Translations under genes and position numbers: made by a program
The notes under the pieces: model-generated
Told to the model about the DNA's origin: nothing
Seen by the model: only the letters and a program-made list of their open reading frames with translations
Databases searched by the model: none
Assembly (NCBI GenBank): GCA_963676835.2
Contig: CAXXFF010000002.1
Span: 672,001-736,000, forward strand
From: Marispirochaeta sp.
GTDB lineage: Bacteria; Spirochaetota; Spirochaetia; JC444; Marispirochaetaceae
Length of the DNA: 64,000 nt
Reading direction: 5' to 3'
Shown: piece by piece, positions 9,797 to 19,609 of the stretch
Layout of the letters: every line of letters begins with the position of its first letter
Position numbering within the stretch: position 1 is the stretch's first letter

Positions 9797-11188
9797 TTAT
9801 TTCTGGTCTCCTAAAAAGGCTCCGTGGACCACGTTAAGAGCTTCCTTGCGGTCGCTGCGGTGGATTACAAAGCTGATGTTCCGTTCTGATGATCCCTGGG
9901 CAATGGCGAGTACATTAATTCCGGCATTGCCCAGGGCACTGAAGAGTCGTCCGGAAATCCCCGGAGTTCCCCGCATATTCTCACCGACAACGGCAATAAT
10001 CTCAAGCTCTTTAATGAGGTCGATCTTCTGTACCATCCGGTAATGGAGTTCCCGTTCAAGTTCCGCCTCAAGAGCCAGAATAGCACGACCGGCTTCTTTC
10101 TCACGGCAAACCATGCAGATGCTGTGCTCAGAAGAAGCCTGGGAGATCATGATGATGTTTATATCAATCTCAGCAAGGGCATTGAACACCCTGGAAGCAA
10201 CACCGGTATGACCAAGCATGCCGCCGCCTTCGATATTAATCAGCGCCGCATTCTCGATGGAGGCAACTCCGGTTATGGGCAGATTGTTTTTTCGGATATC
10301 TGCAGCAATACGGGTACCCGGAGCTGATGGATTCAGGGTGTTCTTTATATAGATGGAGATCTTCTTGTCGACCGCGGGAATCATGGTGTAGGGGTGGATT
10401 ACCTCCGCGCCGAAAAAGGAGAGCTCCATGGCATCCTCTATGGAAACCTCAGGCAGCACATAGGCTTTTTCCACCAGTCGGGGGTCTGCGGAGAGTACAC
10501 CATCCACATCGGTCCATATTTCCACGCTGCTGGCATCAATGGCTGCACCTAAAAGGGATGCAGTGTAATCCGAACCATTTCTTCCCAGAGTGGTTGTTAC
10601 GCCTTTGGGGGTTGAGGCAATAAAACCGGTAACAACCGCAATTCCCTCCACCGCTTCAATAGCGGAACGGATTTTAGGGTAACTGACCTCAAAATCAACT
10701 TTGGCACTGCCGTGGCTTGCATCGGTTATAATTATGCTTCTGGCATCAATATAGCTTGCAGGAGTTCCGGTGCTTGAAAGATAAGCAGCAATAAGCCGGT
10801 TGTTAAGGCGCTCACCGAAACTCATAATCATATCCATAGTCCGAGGGGAGCACTCTTTTACCAGCTCAACACCGTGGAGAATATCGGTGAGATTAATCAG
10901 CAGCTGATCGAGGTCCTGCATAATTGCCTCGGAATCGCTTTTATCGGTAAAAAGCTCTGCAGCTGCTTCAGTCTGGCGATGTTTGATCTCTTCCACCAGT
11001 CTGCGGTAACCGGGGTCTCCGTTTTCAGCTTTCTCGGCTGCTTCTATAAGCATATCGGTAATACCTTTCATGGCAGAGAATACCAGCACTACCGGTTCTG
11101 TCTCATGGGCACCAAGGGCAATAGAGCTTACATGTTTAATCTTTTCAGCGTCTTTGACGGAACTTCCGCCGAATTTCATGACCTTCAT
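9797..11188 (-). CDS. Aspartate kinase (two ACT domains, no homoserine dehydrogenase domain)
   Basis: KFGGSS, TTLGRNGSDY, WTDVDG.SADPR; ACT motifs QASSE and QGSSE. Confidence 0.95.
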   Translation of the reverse strand: MKVMKFGGSSVKDAEKIKHVSSIALGAHETEPVVLVFSAMKGITDMLIEAAEKAENGDPGYRRLVEEIKHRQTEAAAELFTDKSDSEAIMQDLDQLLINLTDILHGVELVKECSPRTMDMIMSFGERLNNRLIAAYLSSTGTPASYIDARSIIITDASHGSAKVDFEVSYPKIRSAIEAVEGIAVVTGFIASTPKGVTTTLGRNGSDYTASLLGAAIDASSVEIWTDVDGVLSADPRLVEKAYVLPEVSIEDAMELSFFGAEVIHPYTMIPAVDKKISIYIKNTLNPSAPGTRIAADIRKNNLPITGVASIENAALINIEGGGMLGHTGVASRVFNALAEIDINIIMISQASSEHSICMVCREKEAGRAILALEAELERELHYRMVQKIDLIKELEIIAVVGENMRGTPGISGRLFSALGNAGINVLAIAQGSSERNISFVIHRSDRKEALNVVHGAFLGDQK

Positions 11189-11337
11189 AGGCAATCCTGT
11201 CTAATTGAATTGCTAAGAATATACTAAAGATTGCCTCCTCTTGCCATAGGCGGGAGCCCTGTCTGGGGGAAAAGCCAAAAAGAGAAAGGAAAAAAAGAGT
11301 GGCACAGGCAGGGGGAAATTGGTATGATTTGCCTCAT

Positions 11338-12513
11338 ATGGCTTCATTGCGTATCCTGATCCCGATTTTCTGGGTTTCCCTGCTTCTGGTTCAGTGTACC
11401 ACGGCACCGGAACAGGAATATCGCCCGGGACAGCCCGATCCTGTGGTTGAACGGGAAAGCAATCCTGATCTCCTCCTGAATACCGGAGACAATTCCGGTC
11501 CGGCAGAGGTGTATTCTCCACCGGAAGATGACGCAATGAAGATATTCGCTCTCAACGCTATGCAGGGGGGTGTTCGTCCGGTATTGGACCGCCGGGGCAG
11601 ACCGGTCGCTGCAGTATGGTCTCAGGATGAGCGGAAATTCTGTCTTGTTCTCAGTGTCTCAGGCAGTGAAAATCCCGCATATTCCGATCTCACAGAACTT
11701 TCTCACCTCTATAACAATGTAAGCCCGGAAGAATATTTACTTACCTGTTTTCAATGGTACCGGGGCGATCTGTTTTTCGCATATACCGTCAAGCTCGGCA
11801 CCTTTCCGGTGATAGAAAACTTCAAGGCTGAACCCTTCGGGCAGAATGCGGAATCAGCACCCATGGCAGTTCTGGTCGATTTTCTCTCCGGTGAGGGGGG
11901 AGTCTCCTATTTTGTGTTCTGCAGCGCCCTGAAGGGAAGTTCCCTGAAAATACGCCGCAACAGTGCCTCCTTTGCCCAGAGAAAAGATCTGGATACAGAT
12001 GGTATTGATGATGTACTGCTCTATGAAGCAGCCTTTGAAGAGGGAACAGGCAAAGAGACCTTTATCTCCTGGTATCGCTGGGACGGACGATCCCTTTCAT
12101 CCTATAAAACAGTAAATATTGTGAGGAATCTGAATAGTTTCCTCAAAGAATCTGCAGCCAGTCTGGAAAACCGCTCTTTTCGCAGCTTCCTTTCCGAATT
12201 TGTCCACGTGGATAGTGGAAGGGATATGGGGACGAATCTCTCCTTCGATGAAGCCTTTTCCCGAATTTTTAAACCTGAAGGCGAGGTTGTTAATGAAAGA
12301 GATAAAATAACTGAAGAATCTTTCAGCTCTACCCGGAAGGTTATTTTTCCCGAGATTCTGGAAAATCCCTTTGATATCTCCGCCGGCGATTTCAGCCTGG
12401 AACTGCCGGTTCATTTTGTTGCAGATCGGGATCACCGTTACAGTGTAGGCCTTGTAATGAACGATAACCCCTTTTCCGGCCGGCAATACTATTTCGTGCC
12501 CCGGCAGCCTTGA
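11338..12513 (+). CDS. Hypothetical lipoprotein
   Basis: Long ORF; lipobox-like LLVQC after a hydrophobic stretch; DLDTDGIDD Ca-binding/FG-GAP-like motif. Confidence 0.6.
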   Translation: MASLRILIPIFWVSLLLVQCTTAPEQEYRPGQPDPVVERESNPDLLLNTGDNSGPAEVYSPPEDDAMKIFALNAMQGGVRPVLDRRGRPVAAVWSQDERKFCLVLSVSGSENPAYSDLTELSHLYNNVSPEEYLLTCFQWYRGDLFFAYTVKLGTFPVIENFKAEPFGQNAESAPMAVLVDFLSGEGGVSYFVFCSALKGSSLKIRRNSASFAQRKDLDTDGIDDVLLYEAAFEEGTGKETFISWYRWDGRSLSSYKTVNIVRNLNSFLKESAASLENRSFRSFLSEFVHVDSGRDMGTNLSFDEAFSRIFKPEGEVVNERDKITEESFSSTRKVIFPEILENPFDISAGDFSLELPVHFVADRDHRYSVGLVMNDNPFSGRQYYFVPRQP

Positions 12514-12545
12514 AATATTTTATTCCCCTGCGGTAAATTGCATCT

Positions 12546-13829
12546 ATGTATACCTATAAAATTGAGGGGAATATCCCCCTTAAAGGCAGTATTCAGGCCC
12601 GGGGTAATAAAAACTCCGCACTGCCCTGTATTGCTGCTGCTCTGCTGACAGATAAAACAGTGATCCTGCGTAATATTCCCGATATAGAAGACGTCGGGGT
12701 TATGATAGATATTCTCGTTGCCCTGGGGGCGAAGGTTGAGAGAAAGGGCGGTGGAGAAATCCAGATCTGCTGCAATAAAAATCCGAAATCTGAAGTTCCC
12801 GCCCAGATGGCAAAGGATATCCGAGCCTCAATTCTTTTTGCGGGCCCCCTGCTTGCACGCACCGGGAAAGTACTTCTGCCTCCTCCCGGAGGAGACGTAA
12901 TCGGCCGCCGCCGGCTGGATACCCACTTTCTGGCCTTTTCAGAACTTGGAGCCCGGGTCGAAGTGGATGGGATTTTCAAAGTTAGTGCCAACAAACTGGT
13001 GGGAGTTGACCTGTTTCTTGATGAAGCTTCGGTAACCGCCACGGAAAACGCTATAATGGCAGCTGTCCTCGCGGAGGGAAAAACCATTATTCAGAATGCC
13101 GCCTCGGAACCGCATGTGCAGGATCTCTGTAATATGCTCAATAAAATGGGTGCGAAGATTAGCGGTATCGGTTCAAATATCCTTACAATCCAGGGAGTCA
13201 AGAAGCTCGGAGGAGCTGATTTCACCATAGGTGCAGACTTCATGGAGGTCGGTTCGTTTATCGGTCTTGCTGCGGTTACCCGGGGTGAAATTGAGATAGA
13301 AAATGCAAATCCGGAACACCTGCGTATGACCCGGCTTGCATTCAATAAACTGGGTATCCACTGGGAGACTGACGGTACCACAATCCGGGTTCCAAGCGGC
13401 CAGAATATGCGGGTTGTTCCGGATCTTGGCGGCAGCATTCCCCATATCGATGATGCTCCCTGGCCGGGATTTCCTGCGGACCTTACCAGTATTATTACGG
13501 TAGTCGCCACCCAGGTGGAGGGCACGGTTCTTATCCATGAGAAGATGTTTGAATCCCGTCTCTTTTTTGTGGATAAGCTGATCGGCATGGGTGCTCAGAT
13601 TGTTCTGTGTGACCCCCACCGTGCGGTTGTCAGCGGTCCCAGCCGCCTGCGCGGGGCGGATCTTATTTCACCGGATGTTCGCGCCGGTATGGCTATGGTT
13701 CTTGCCGCTCTGTGCGCCGAAGGAACCAGCATTATTCACAATGTGTATCAGATTGAACGGGGCTATGAGTCTCTGTGTGACCGGCTTTCAAATCTTGGCG
13801 CCCGGATAGAGAAGCTTCCAACACCCTAA
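12546..13829 (+). CDS. murA: UDP-N-acetylglucosamine 1-carboxyvinyltransferase
   Basis: [39 protein letters not shown] and RGYE. Confidence 0.96.
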   Translation: MYTYKIEGNIPLKGSIQARGNKNSALPCIAAALLTDKTVILRNIPDIEDVGVMIDILVALGAKVERKGGGEIQICCNKNPKSEVPAQMAKDIRASILFAGPLLARTGKVLLPPPGGDVIGRRRLDTHFLAFSELGARVEVDGIFKVSANKLVGVDLFLDEASVTATENAIMAAVLAEGKTIIQNAASEPHVQDLCNMLNKMGAKISGIGSNILTIQGVKKLGGADFTIGADFMEVGSFIGLAAVTRGEIEIENANPEHLRMTRLAFNKLGIHWETDGTTIRVPSGQNMRVVPDLGGSIPHIDDAPWPGFPADLTSIITVVATQVEGTVLIHEKMFESRLFFVDKLIGMGAQIVLCDPHRAVVSGPSRLRGADLISPDVRAGMAMVLAALCAEGTSIIHNVYQIERGYESLCDRLSNLGARIEKLPTP

Positions 13830-15568
13830 TTACTGCCGGCTGTTTCAAGCCGGGCAACCAGCAGCAGTGCAATTCCCAGCAGAAGGGCCTGAACCAGCAC
13901 TGCTGTAACCAGGGTAAGGAGAAATCCTGTCTGGAGAAGAAGATAGAGATAAACAATTCTGCTGAAATAAATGTAGAGTCCATAAAGCCGGAACAGTGCT
14001 GCTGCAATAAGGGGCATTAAGAGAAAGTGGTACCATTTCTTCCTGTTCCGCACCCTCAGCGCCCACCCGGCGGCAAGAGCCAGAAACCCGAGAATAAGCA
14101 GGCTGAAAGGTTTCAGCACCCGCATGATTATTTCTATCTCTATCTTGCCGGGATGATAGCCGTGGGCTGCAAAATCCGGCCGCAGGGCAAAAAGCTGGTG
14201 CAGATACTGAAGTTTGAGGGATGAATCAATCTGACTGTACCCCGGGATTTTACTTATCCCGGTATTGAGAGCCCGCAGAGACGCTGGTTTCCCGCCGTCC
14301 GGTACAGCAAGGTCTACCGGTTCATAAAGCAGATTTGTCCTGTCCTCCCGATCAAGGGCTTTAAGCATAAGAGAAACAGATGTCTCTTTTGTTATCATAT
14401 CCGTGGATTCCGTAATCTTGGCCGCCGGTGCGCTAATGTGGTAGGCAACCTTTCCACCTGAATCCATTCCGAGAATTTCCACCCCATAGGCATAGGCGAC
14501 AACTCCCAGAGGGATAAAACGGTTGAAATAGATGAATTCCTTAATTTCTCCCTGCTTGTTGATAAAAAAGATATCATGTCTTCCCGGGAGTGCTTTGATC
14601 TGCTCAAGCTCATCGGTAAAGAAGGCACTTTGCTCAAGCTGTTCCAGAACAAGAAGGCTGAAAGTTTCAATGTCCTGATCCATGGGAGCATCTTTTTCAA
14701 GGTCATGGAAAAGGTAGTATGCTTTTATATAGTTTGCCTGATCAAAGGCTGTATATGCTTCCCTCTTTTTCCGGTAGAAATCACCCGATTCCTGTGCTTC
14801 CCGGCTGAACTCCGACTCCTGTATCCGGTTCCAGGCTTCAGCCCTTATTCGCGAAGCATCCCGCCTCCCCGGTTCAATCTGTCTGGCAATGGTTGCGTAA
14901 TAATGGGCGGAATAATAATCCCGGTTATTGAGAAAGCGCTCTGCTGCCCGCACAAGATCACCGGCAGACTGATTCATTAAACGGCCCGAGTATTCGCCGG
15001 ACGAGTTGTTGTCGGTCTGCTGCTGTTTCGGCGCGAGGTCAAAGGCTGCTTTTGTGTCTGCTTTTAATTCTTTTACATCTTCATCGTCGGGATTTATACT
15101 CAGGTAATAATCAAAGTAGAGAATTGCTTTCTGATAATCACCTTTTATTTTGCTGTTTTTTCCTTCCCGGAGAGATCCTTCAGCGAAGCTGCTTTTTCCG
15201 TACAGTTCCTCCAGGCCCGCCCTGATCCCCGGGGCAAACCCTTCTGAAATGACTGTTTCCACAGTCGCCATCAGCAGGAAAAGCAGTATCAGCATGCTGG
15301 CCAGGCGGGTAAAGCCTGTCAGACTTTGCCGCTCCGGAGACCCCTGAAGAAAGAGAAAGCTGAATCCCAGAAGAACCGCTGTTGCGGTGAGGGGGATAAA
15401 AGCATCCATCAGCTGTACAAAGGCTTGAGACAGTGACCAGGAGAGAAAATAGATATCCAGGAGTCCCTCGGTTGAAAAATTCAGAAGAGCATGCACAAGG
15501 TTACCGGCGAAATAAATTGCGGCGAAAACAAGGAACAGAATTAAGATTTTTCGGACAGCACCGCTCAT
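13826..15568 (-). CDS. Hypothetical membrane protein with periplasmic TPR-like repeats
   Basis: Three N-terminal and three C-terminal TM segments; TPR-like [18 protein letters not shown]. Confidence 0.65.
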   Translation of the reverse strand: MSGAVRKILILFLVFAAIYFAGNLVHALLNFSTEGLLDIYFLSWSLSQAFVQLMDAFIPLTATAVLLGFSFLFLQGSPERQSLTGFTRLASMLILLFLLMATVETVISEGFAPGIRAGLEELYGKSSFAEGSLREGKNSKIKGDYQKAILYFDYYLSINPDDEDVKELKADTKAAFDLAPKQQQTDNNSSGEYSGRLMNQSAGDLVRAAERFLNNRDYYSAHYYATIARQIEPGRRDASRIRAEAWNRIQESEFSREAQESGDFYRKKREAYTAFDQANYIKAYYLFHDLEKDAPMDQDIETFSLLVLEQLEQSAFFTDELEQIKALPGRHDIFFINKQGEIKEFIYFNRFIPLGVVAYAYGVEILGMDSGGKVAYHISAPAAKITESTDMITKETSVSLMLKALDREDRTNLLYEPVDLAVPDGGKPASLRALNTGISKIPGYSQIDSSLKLQYLHQLFALRPDFAAHGYHPGKIEIEIIMRVLKPFSLLILGFLALAAGWALRVRNRKKWYHFLLMPLIAAALFRLYGLYIYFSRIVYLYLLLQTGFLLTLVTAVLVQALLLGIALLLVARLETAGSN

Positions 15569-16506
15569 TTCTTTGTTCTCCTTTTGTTATAGCGGTCAAA
15601 GGGAACAAAGAATATATCCCAAAGTATCAGAACAGCCGCGGTGCCGGTAAATATCAGTGGCAGGTTTTTCGCCGGCTCCATACCGGGAATATAGGAAGAG
15701 AGGAGTTCCCGCACCTCAGGTGCGATTAAAAAAGCTCCAGAAAAGAGCATGAGCCTGATAATCACCAGGAAGTAGATGGTGTTTATCAGGGGCCATGAGG
15801 AAAGCCGGGCAAAAATCCACAGGCTTGTGAGAAGTAAACCGAAAGCCCCGATTTGCAGCAGAAAATCCTTAAGAGAGAGACTGTAGTTGTAGATAAAAAA
15901 GGAGCTAAGGGCATTACAGTCCCGGATAATCCTGGTTATACCTGGTCCCGGATCAAGAGCGGACTGGAAGAATGGATTTTCGGGTATTCTGTCTATGGCA
16001 ATATCTCCGATTTCGGCCTGCCTTTCTTCTGAGGAACTGAGAGTTCCACCGGTAAGCCTTGGCGTGTTTCCCGAGGAGAAGATTACCGCAGGATGCCCGG
16101 GAGAAAATGAATCTTCTATATAGACTGATCCATCATCATAGGTGTGGATAGATCCGGCAATGGCAACGCCTGTGTTCCCGTCGGGGACAAACATAGCCTC
16201 CGGTTTCAGTAGAATGTAGGCTGCTGAAAAGCAGACAGAGAAGCTGAGCCACAGGGCAATAAAGGTGCCAACACCGTTTCCCGGCCTGCGCTGAATCAGA
16301 AATACCGTGATAACAAGAGAAAGCAGCGATCCGGGGAGTATGGATATTCCCGCAGCATTTAAAAGAACCGCAATATGCCATGATGCGGGGTAATGGTCCG
16401 CGATCTGAAGGTCCCAGGTAAAGATATATACAGACAGAGTAAGAAGAAGAGTTAGCCCGACGAAGACGAGTAGATACTTCAGAATTACCATTAATGCATT
16501 TTTCAC
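15565..16506 (-). CDS. Hypothetical multi-pass membrane protein
   Basis: Hydrophobic ORF overlapping the next gene by 4 bp. TTGCCA-17-TACGAT promoter upstream of GTG 16506; start uncertain. Confidence 0.6.
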   Translation of the reverse strand: MKNALMVILKYLLVFVGLTLLLTLSVYIFTWDLQIADHYPASWHIAVLLNAAGISILPGSLLSLVITVFLIQRRPGNGVGTFIALWLSFSVCFSAAYILLKPEAMFVPDGNTGVAIAGSIHTYDDGSVYIEDSFSPGHPAVIFSSGNTPRLTGGTLSSSEERQAEIGDIAIDRIPENPFFQSALDPGPGITRIIRDCNALSSFFIYNYSLSLKDFLLQIGAFGLLLTSLWIFARLSSWPLINTIYFLVIIRLMLFSGAFLIAPEVRELLSSYIPGMEPAKNLPLIFTGTAAVLILWDIFFVPFDRYNKRRTKK

Positions 16507-16575
16507 TCTGACTCGAATCGTAGCATGGCCTCTCCCGGCTGGCAAGCGTCTGTGGGTTTCTAAATATCTAATAAC

Positions 16576-16808
16576 AACTTATCCACAACGGGAAAAACTG
16601 ATCGCCGGTCACTTTCGGGATTGAAATTGTTGAAAAATTGTCAAGATGTTTATTTCTATCTTGGAGAAATTTAACAAAATTTTTTAATTACTTACTATAT
16701 AAAGAAATATTTCCTGAGTGTTTTAGGTTGATTTTGGTATTATTTTACTTAAGTTATTGCTGTGTAAGTAATAGGCATGCCTGACAATCTGTAAAGAACT
16801 TATCCACA
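16576..16808. other. DnaA-box-flanked AT-rich region (oriC-like or other DnaA-binding locus)
   Basis: Perfect TTATCCACA at 16579 and 16800, one-mismatch box at 16628-16636 (minus), very AT-rich centre. Confidence 0.55.
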
Positions 16809-16818
16809 GGATATCAAC

Positions 16819-17493
16819 CTACCTTAACATATATCCCCCGGAACGGCCGGTTAGTATTATGGTCTTTACATCCTCCGGCAGTACGCGTCTCATCTTTCGT
16901 CGTAAATTGACTATATGCATATCAATTCCCCGTGATGCGGGCCGAATTTCACCCCAGAGAAGCCTGGAGAGTATATCCCTGCGTACCTGGCTGCCCCGGT
17001 ATCTTGCAAGTATGCGGAAGATGGATACAAGGGCAGGGGAAAGTGCGGTTGTTCCTGAAGGGCCTGTAAGGGTTGCTCCTTTAAGGATTACTGTGCCCCA
17101 GGGATAATCCACGGCCGTGCCGTCTATCAGGCGTTCCGCCCGGGCTATCAGTTCCTGTTCATCCCAGGGTTCCTTGAGGTAATCACTGCATCCGGCCATG
17201 AAGCTGCGATACAGGCTGTGCCCCGGACCATATACCAGTACAGGTTTGTAGTTGAATATTTTTGGTGTGTGCAGCCATAAGAGCTGTCTGACCGGTATGA
17301 GATAGAGGGTTATATCATTATCCTGCAGGGGATAATCACTGAACAGAAAGCCGATATTCGCCTGTTCCTGATCGAGCAGACGGAGCCGGTAGCGCAGATC
17401 ACCTTCGGCTGGTGCAAAGTTGAGGAGCAGTTGACTGCGGTCTTTACCTTCAGTCCGGAGATTGTTCCTTGTTCCCTGGAGCTTCGATTTCAT
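16819..17493 (-). CDS. OmpR/PhoB-type winged-helix regulator with degenerate receiver domain
   Basis: AGCSDYLKEPW..ELIAR and SRGIDMHIVNLRRKM..GGY. Confidence 0.75.
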   Translation of the reverse strand: MKSKLQGTRNNLRTEGKDRSQLLLNFAPAEGDLRYRLRLLDQEQANIGFLFSDYPLQDNDITLYLIPVRQLLWLHTPKIFNYKPVLVYGPGHSLYRSFMAGCSDYLKEPWDEQELIARAERLIDGTAVDYPWGTVILKGATLTGPSGTTALSPALVSIFRILARYRGSQVRRDILSRLLWGEIRPASRGIDMHIVNLRRKMRRVLPEDVKTIILTGRSGGYMLR

Positions 17494-18172
17494 TCTGTAT
17501 CTTCTTTTTTAAATCTTCCAGAAGCTTATCAGCGCCCTGGCTGTCGGAATCAGCTTCCAGTGCCCGGTATTCTTCCTCAAGAGGATCAACTCCGGTATTC
17601 ATGGCGCTTACTTCTTCCAGGGCTTCTGTTTCTGCTTCCAGTTGTTCTACTTTAGAGGCCATATCATCGAAGGCCTTAAATGCAGAGGTATTTTCCATTG
17701 AACTCAGGTGTTTCTGAATATCCTGCTGGGCCTTTGCCCGCTTTGCCCGTGCAATAAGCAGGCTTTTTTTGCGGATGGATTCCTCCATCTTGTCTTGCAG
17801 CTGTTTCAGGGCCTGTTTGAGCTTCTCCACTGCGGCATGCTGGGAATCAACCTGCTGTTTGAACTGCTCCGCTGTGTTCAGAAGATCCTGCTTTCTTAAC
17901 AGTGCCTCTTTGGCTGAGTCGTCCTTGCCGGCTTTAACAAAAGCGATGGCTTTTTCTTCCCATTCCGCAGCAAGATCAAGATGCTGTCTCATCTGCCGCT
18001 CCAGCCTTTTTTCATCGGCCAGGGCGGAGGCTACGCTCTTTTTTGATTCAATGAGCTGGGTATTCATTTCAGTAATAGCCTGATTTAACATCCGCTCGGG
18101 ATCTTCGGCCTTACTGAGCATGGCATTTACGTTTGATTTGAAAATCCGCCTGAAGCGGTCAAAGAACCCCAT
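17450..18172 (-). CDS. pspA: PspA/IM30 family protein
   Basis: MGFFDRFRRIFKSNVN..KAEDPERML, coiled coil, AFKAFDDM..KV; GGAGG RBS. Confidence 0.92.
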   Translation of the reverse strand: MGFFDRFRRIFKSNVNAMLSKAEDPERMLNQAITEMNTQLIESKKSVASALADEKRLERQMRQHLDLAAEWEEKAIAFVKAGKDDSAKEALLRKQDLLNTAEQFKQQVDSQHAAVEKLKQALKQLQDKMEESIRKKSLLIARAKRAKAQQDIQKHLSSMENTSAFKAFDDMASKVEQLEAETEALEEVSAMNTGVDPLEEEYRALEADSDSQGADKLLEDLKKKIQNEIEAPGNKEQSPD

Positions 18173-18254
18173 CGTGTTCATTCCTCCTGGAGGTAAGCAT
18201 GGGACTGGCGGAGACTGTACAGAAACAGGTTATCTGTTTTCTTTCCCCTTTTTT

Positions 18255-18298
18255 CCTCGAAGTGCCCTCGGAGTTTCCTCTGAGTTCCCTCGGAGGGG
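18255..18298. repeat. 4 x 11-bp tandem repeat enclosed by a 9-bp inverted repeat
   Basis: cctcgaagtgc/cctcggagttt/cctctgagttc/cctcggagggg, flanked by ctttcccct (18241) and aggggaaag (18294). Confidence 0.8.
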
Positions 18299-18309
18299 AA
18301 AGTAGTTCA

Positions 18310-18861
18310 TCAGCCCAGGAAGACCTGACCGGAGTTGTCTATAGCCAGTATTGTTTTACATTCTGAACATCGAAAGCGGCCGGATTTGGTTGCTTTCAGT
18401 CGTTTACTGCATATGGGACACTGAAAAATCTTCGGGAACACTTCAGCGGCGCCGGTTTTTCCATCGGAACCGAAAAACTCAACGGCTTCCGTGAGGTTAT
18501 CCTTAATGTTGAAGAACTGGGAAAACCCGAGAAGCTGGAATACTTCGTATACCTTGGGCTGGATTTCAAGAAGTACAAGATCTCCGCCCCGGGGGCGTAC
18601 TGCTTTCAGGAATGCGGTGAATGATCCGATTCCGGTACTCGATACATAGTTGAGCCCGCCGCAGTTAAAAATCAGCTTGGTATATCCGCTTTCAACAGCT
18701 CTGGTTACCCTTTTCTGGAAAAAGTTTGAGTTATAGGTATCGATATATCCGGTCAGATAAAGAACCAGACATCCTTCTACTGTATCAACCTTTTGAAGCC
18801 GGATTTTGAGGCTGTCATCCTTTTCGTCGTCAAATCCTGCAACTATATCGTTATTGCTCAT
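18310..18861 (-). CDS. STAS-domain anti-sigma-factor antagonist with C-terminal zinc ribbon
   Basis: GYIDTYNS, LNYVSSTGIG and VYEVFQLLGF; C-terminal CPIC...CSEC. Confidence 0.9.
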   Translation of the reverse strand: MSNNDIVAGFDDEKDDSLKIRLQKVDTVEGCLVLYLTGYIDTYNSNFFQKRVTRAVESGYTKLIFNCGGLNYVSSTGIGSFTAFLKAVRPRGGDLVLLEIQPKVYEVFQLLGFSQFFNIKDNLTEAVEFFGSDGKTGAAEVFPKIFQCPICSKRLKATKSGRFRCSECKTILAIDNSGQVFLG

Positions 18862-18907
18862 GTGTCCTCTTCAAAGTCAGAAATGAGTTACCGCTATCTT
18901 ATCCCTA

Positions 18908-18936
18908 ATAGTATAGGGGTCTCCAATCTTTGTCAA
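18908..18936 (-). promoter_or_regulatory. Sigma70 promoter for the STAS gene
   Basis: Minus strand TTGACA-17-TACTAT. Confidence 0.55.
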
Positions 18937-19040
18937 ATTATTATCACATAAACGGGATAATAACAAAGATAGAAGCCAAGTTTCGGTTCTTTCCTCTCTT
19001 CCTATCATCGGCGTGGCCATGTATACACTTAACTACTTAC

Positions 19041-19069
19041 TTGACCGTAAATAACAGAGTGCGTAAGAT
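19041..19069 (+). promoter_or_regulatory. Sigma70 promoter
   Basis: TTGACC-17-TAAGAT upstream of the CDS at 19093. Confidence 0.5.
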
Positions 19070-19092
19070 TGTATTGCAAGGGGGAATAAAGT

Positions 19093-19569
19093 ATGAAACG
19101 CTGTATCTCTTTGGTGGTAATGCTGCTGGTTCTAACCATTAATGCCGCCGCCCAGGACTCTTTCGAAGAGCTGAAGAGTATCCTGAATCTGGATGCAACC
19201 CTCAAGGCCTCCAATACCGATGCCGCTCTGCTTGATTCCCTGATTGAAAACCGGTCCCTTGTTCTCTTTTCCGGTACCGTTGCCTCCAGAACCGTTATTA
19301 ATGGTGATGAAGCTGATTTTCTCGGTGAGCTTGAACTGATCGATGGAGAATGGCAGGGTACCGAGGCTGTAACCATGTTTAAAAGTATTCTGCTCCTTGA
19401 AGGGCCCGATTACTTTAATGCCATACCCCAGAGGCGGTCCCGAAGGACTGATCCCCGGGAGATTACCACTAACACACGCTTTATGGTGATCGGTGAAGTT
19501 GCAGCCAAACGGGAGACCCCGGAAGGGGTGTTTCCTGTTATAAAGGTTCACTTTCTCCGGGAACTGTAA
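19093..19569 (+). CDS. Hypothetical exported protein
   Basis: Signal peptide (AAA-Q); GGGGG RBS. Confidence 0.65.
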   Translation: MKRCISLVVMLLVLTINAAAQDSFEELKSILNLDATLKASNTDAALLDSLIENRSLVLFSGTVASRTVINGDEADFLGELELIDGEWQGTEAVTMFKSILLLEGPDYFNAIPQRRSRRTDPREITTNTRFMVIGEVAAKRETPEGVFPVIKVHFLREL

Positions 19570-19609
19570 ATTTTTCAGGACCTGGCCTCTCTTTTAACCT
19601 TAAATCAGC

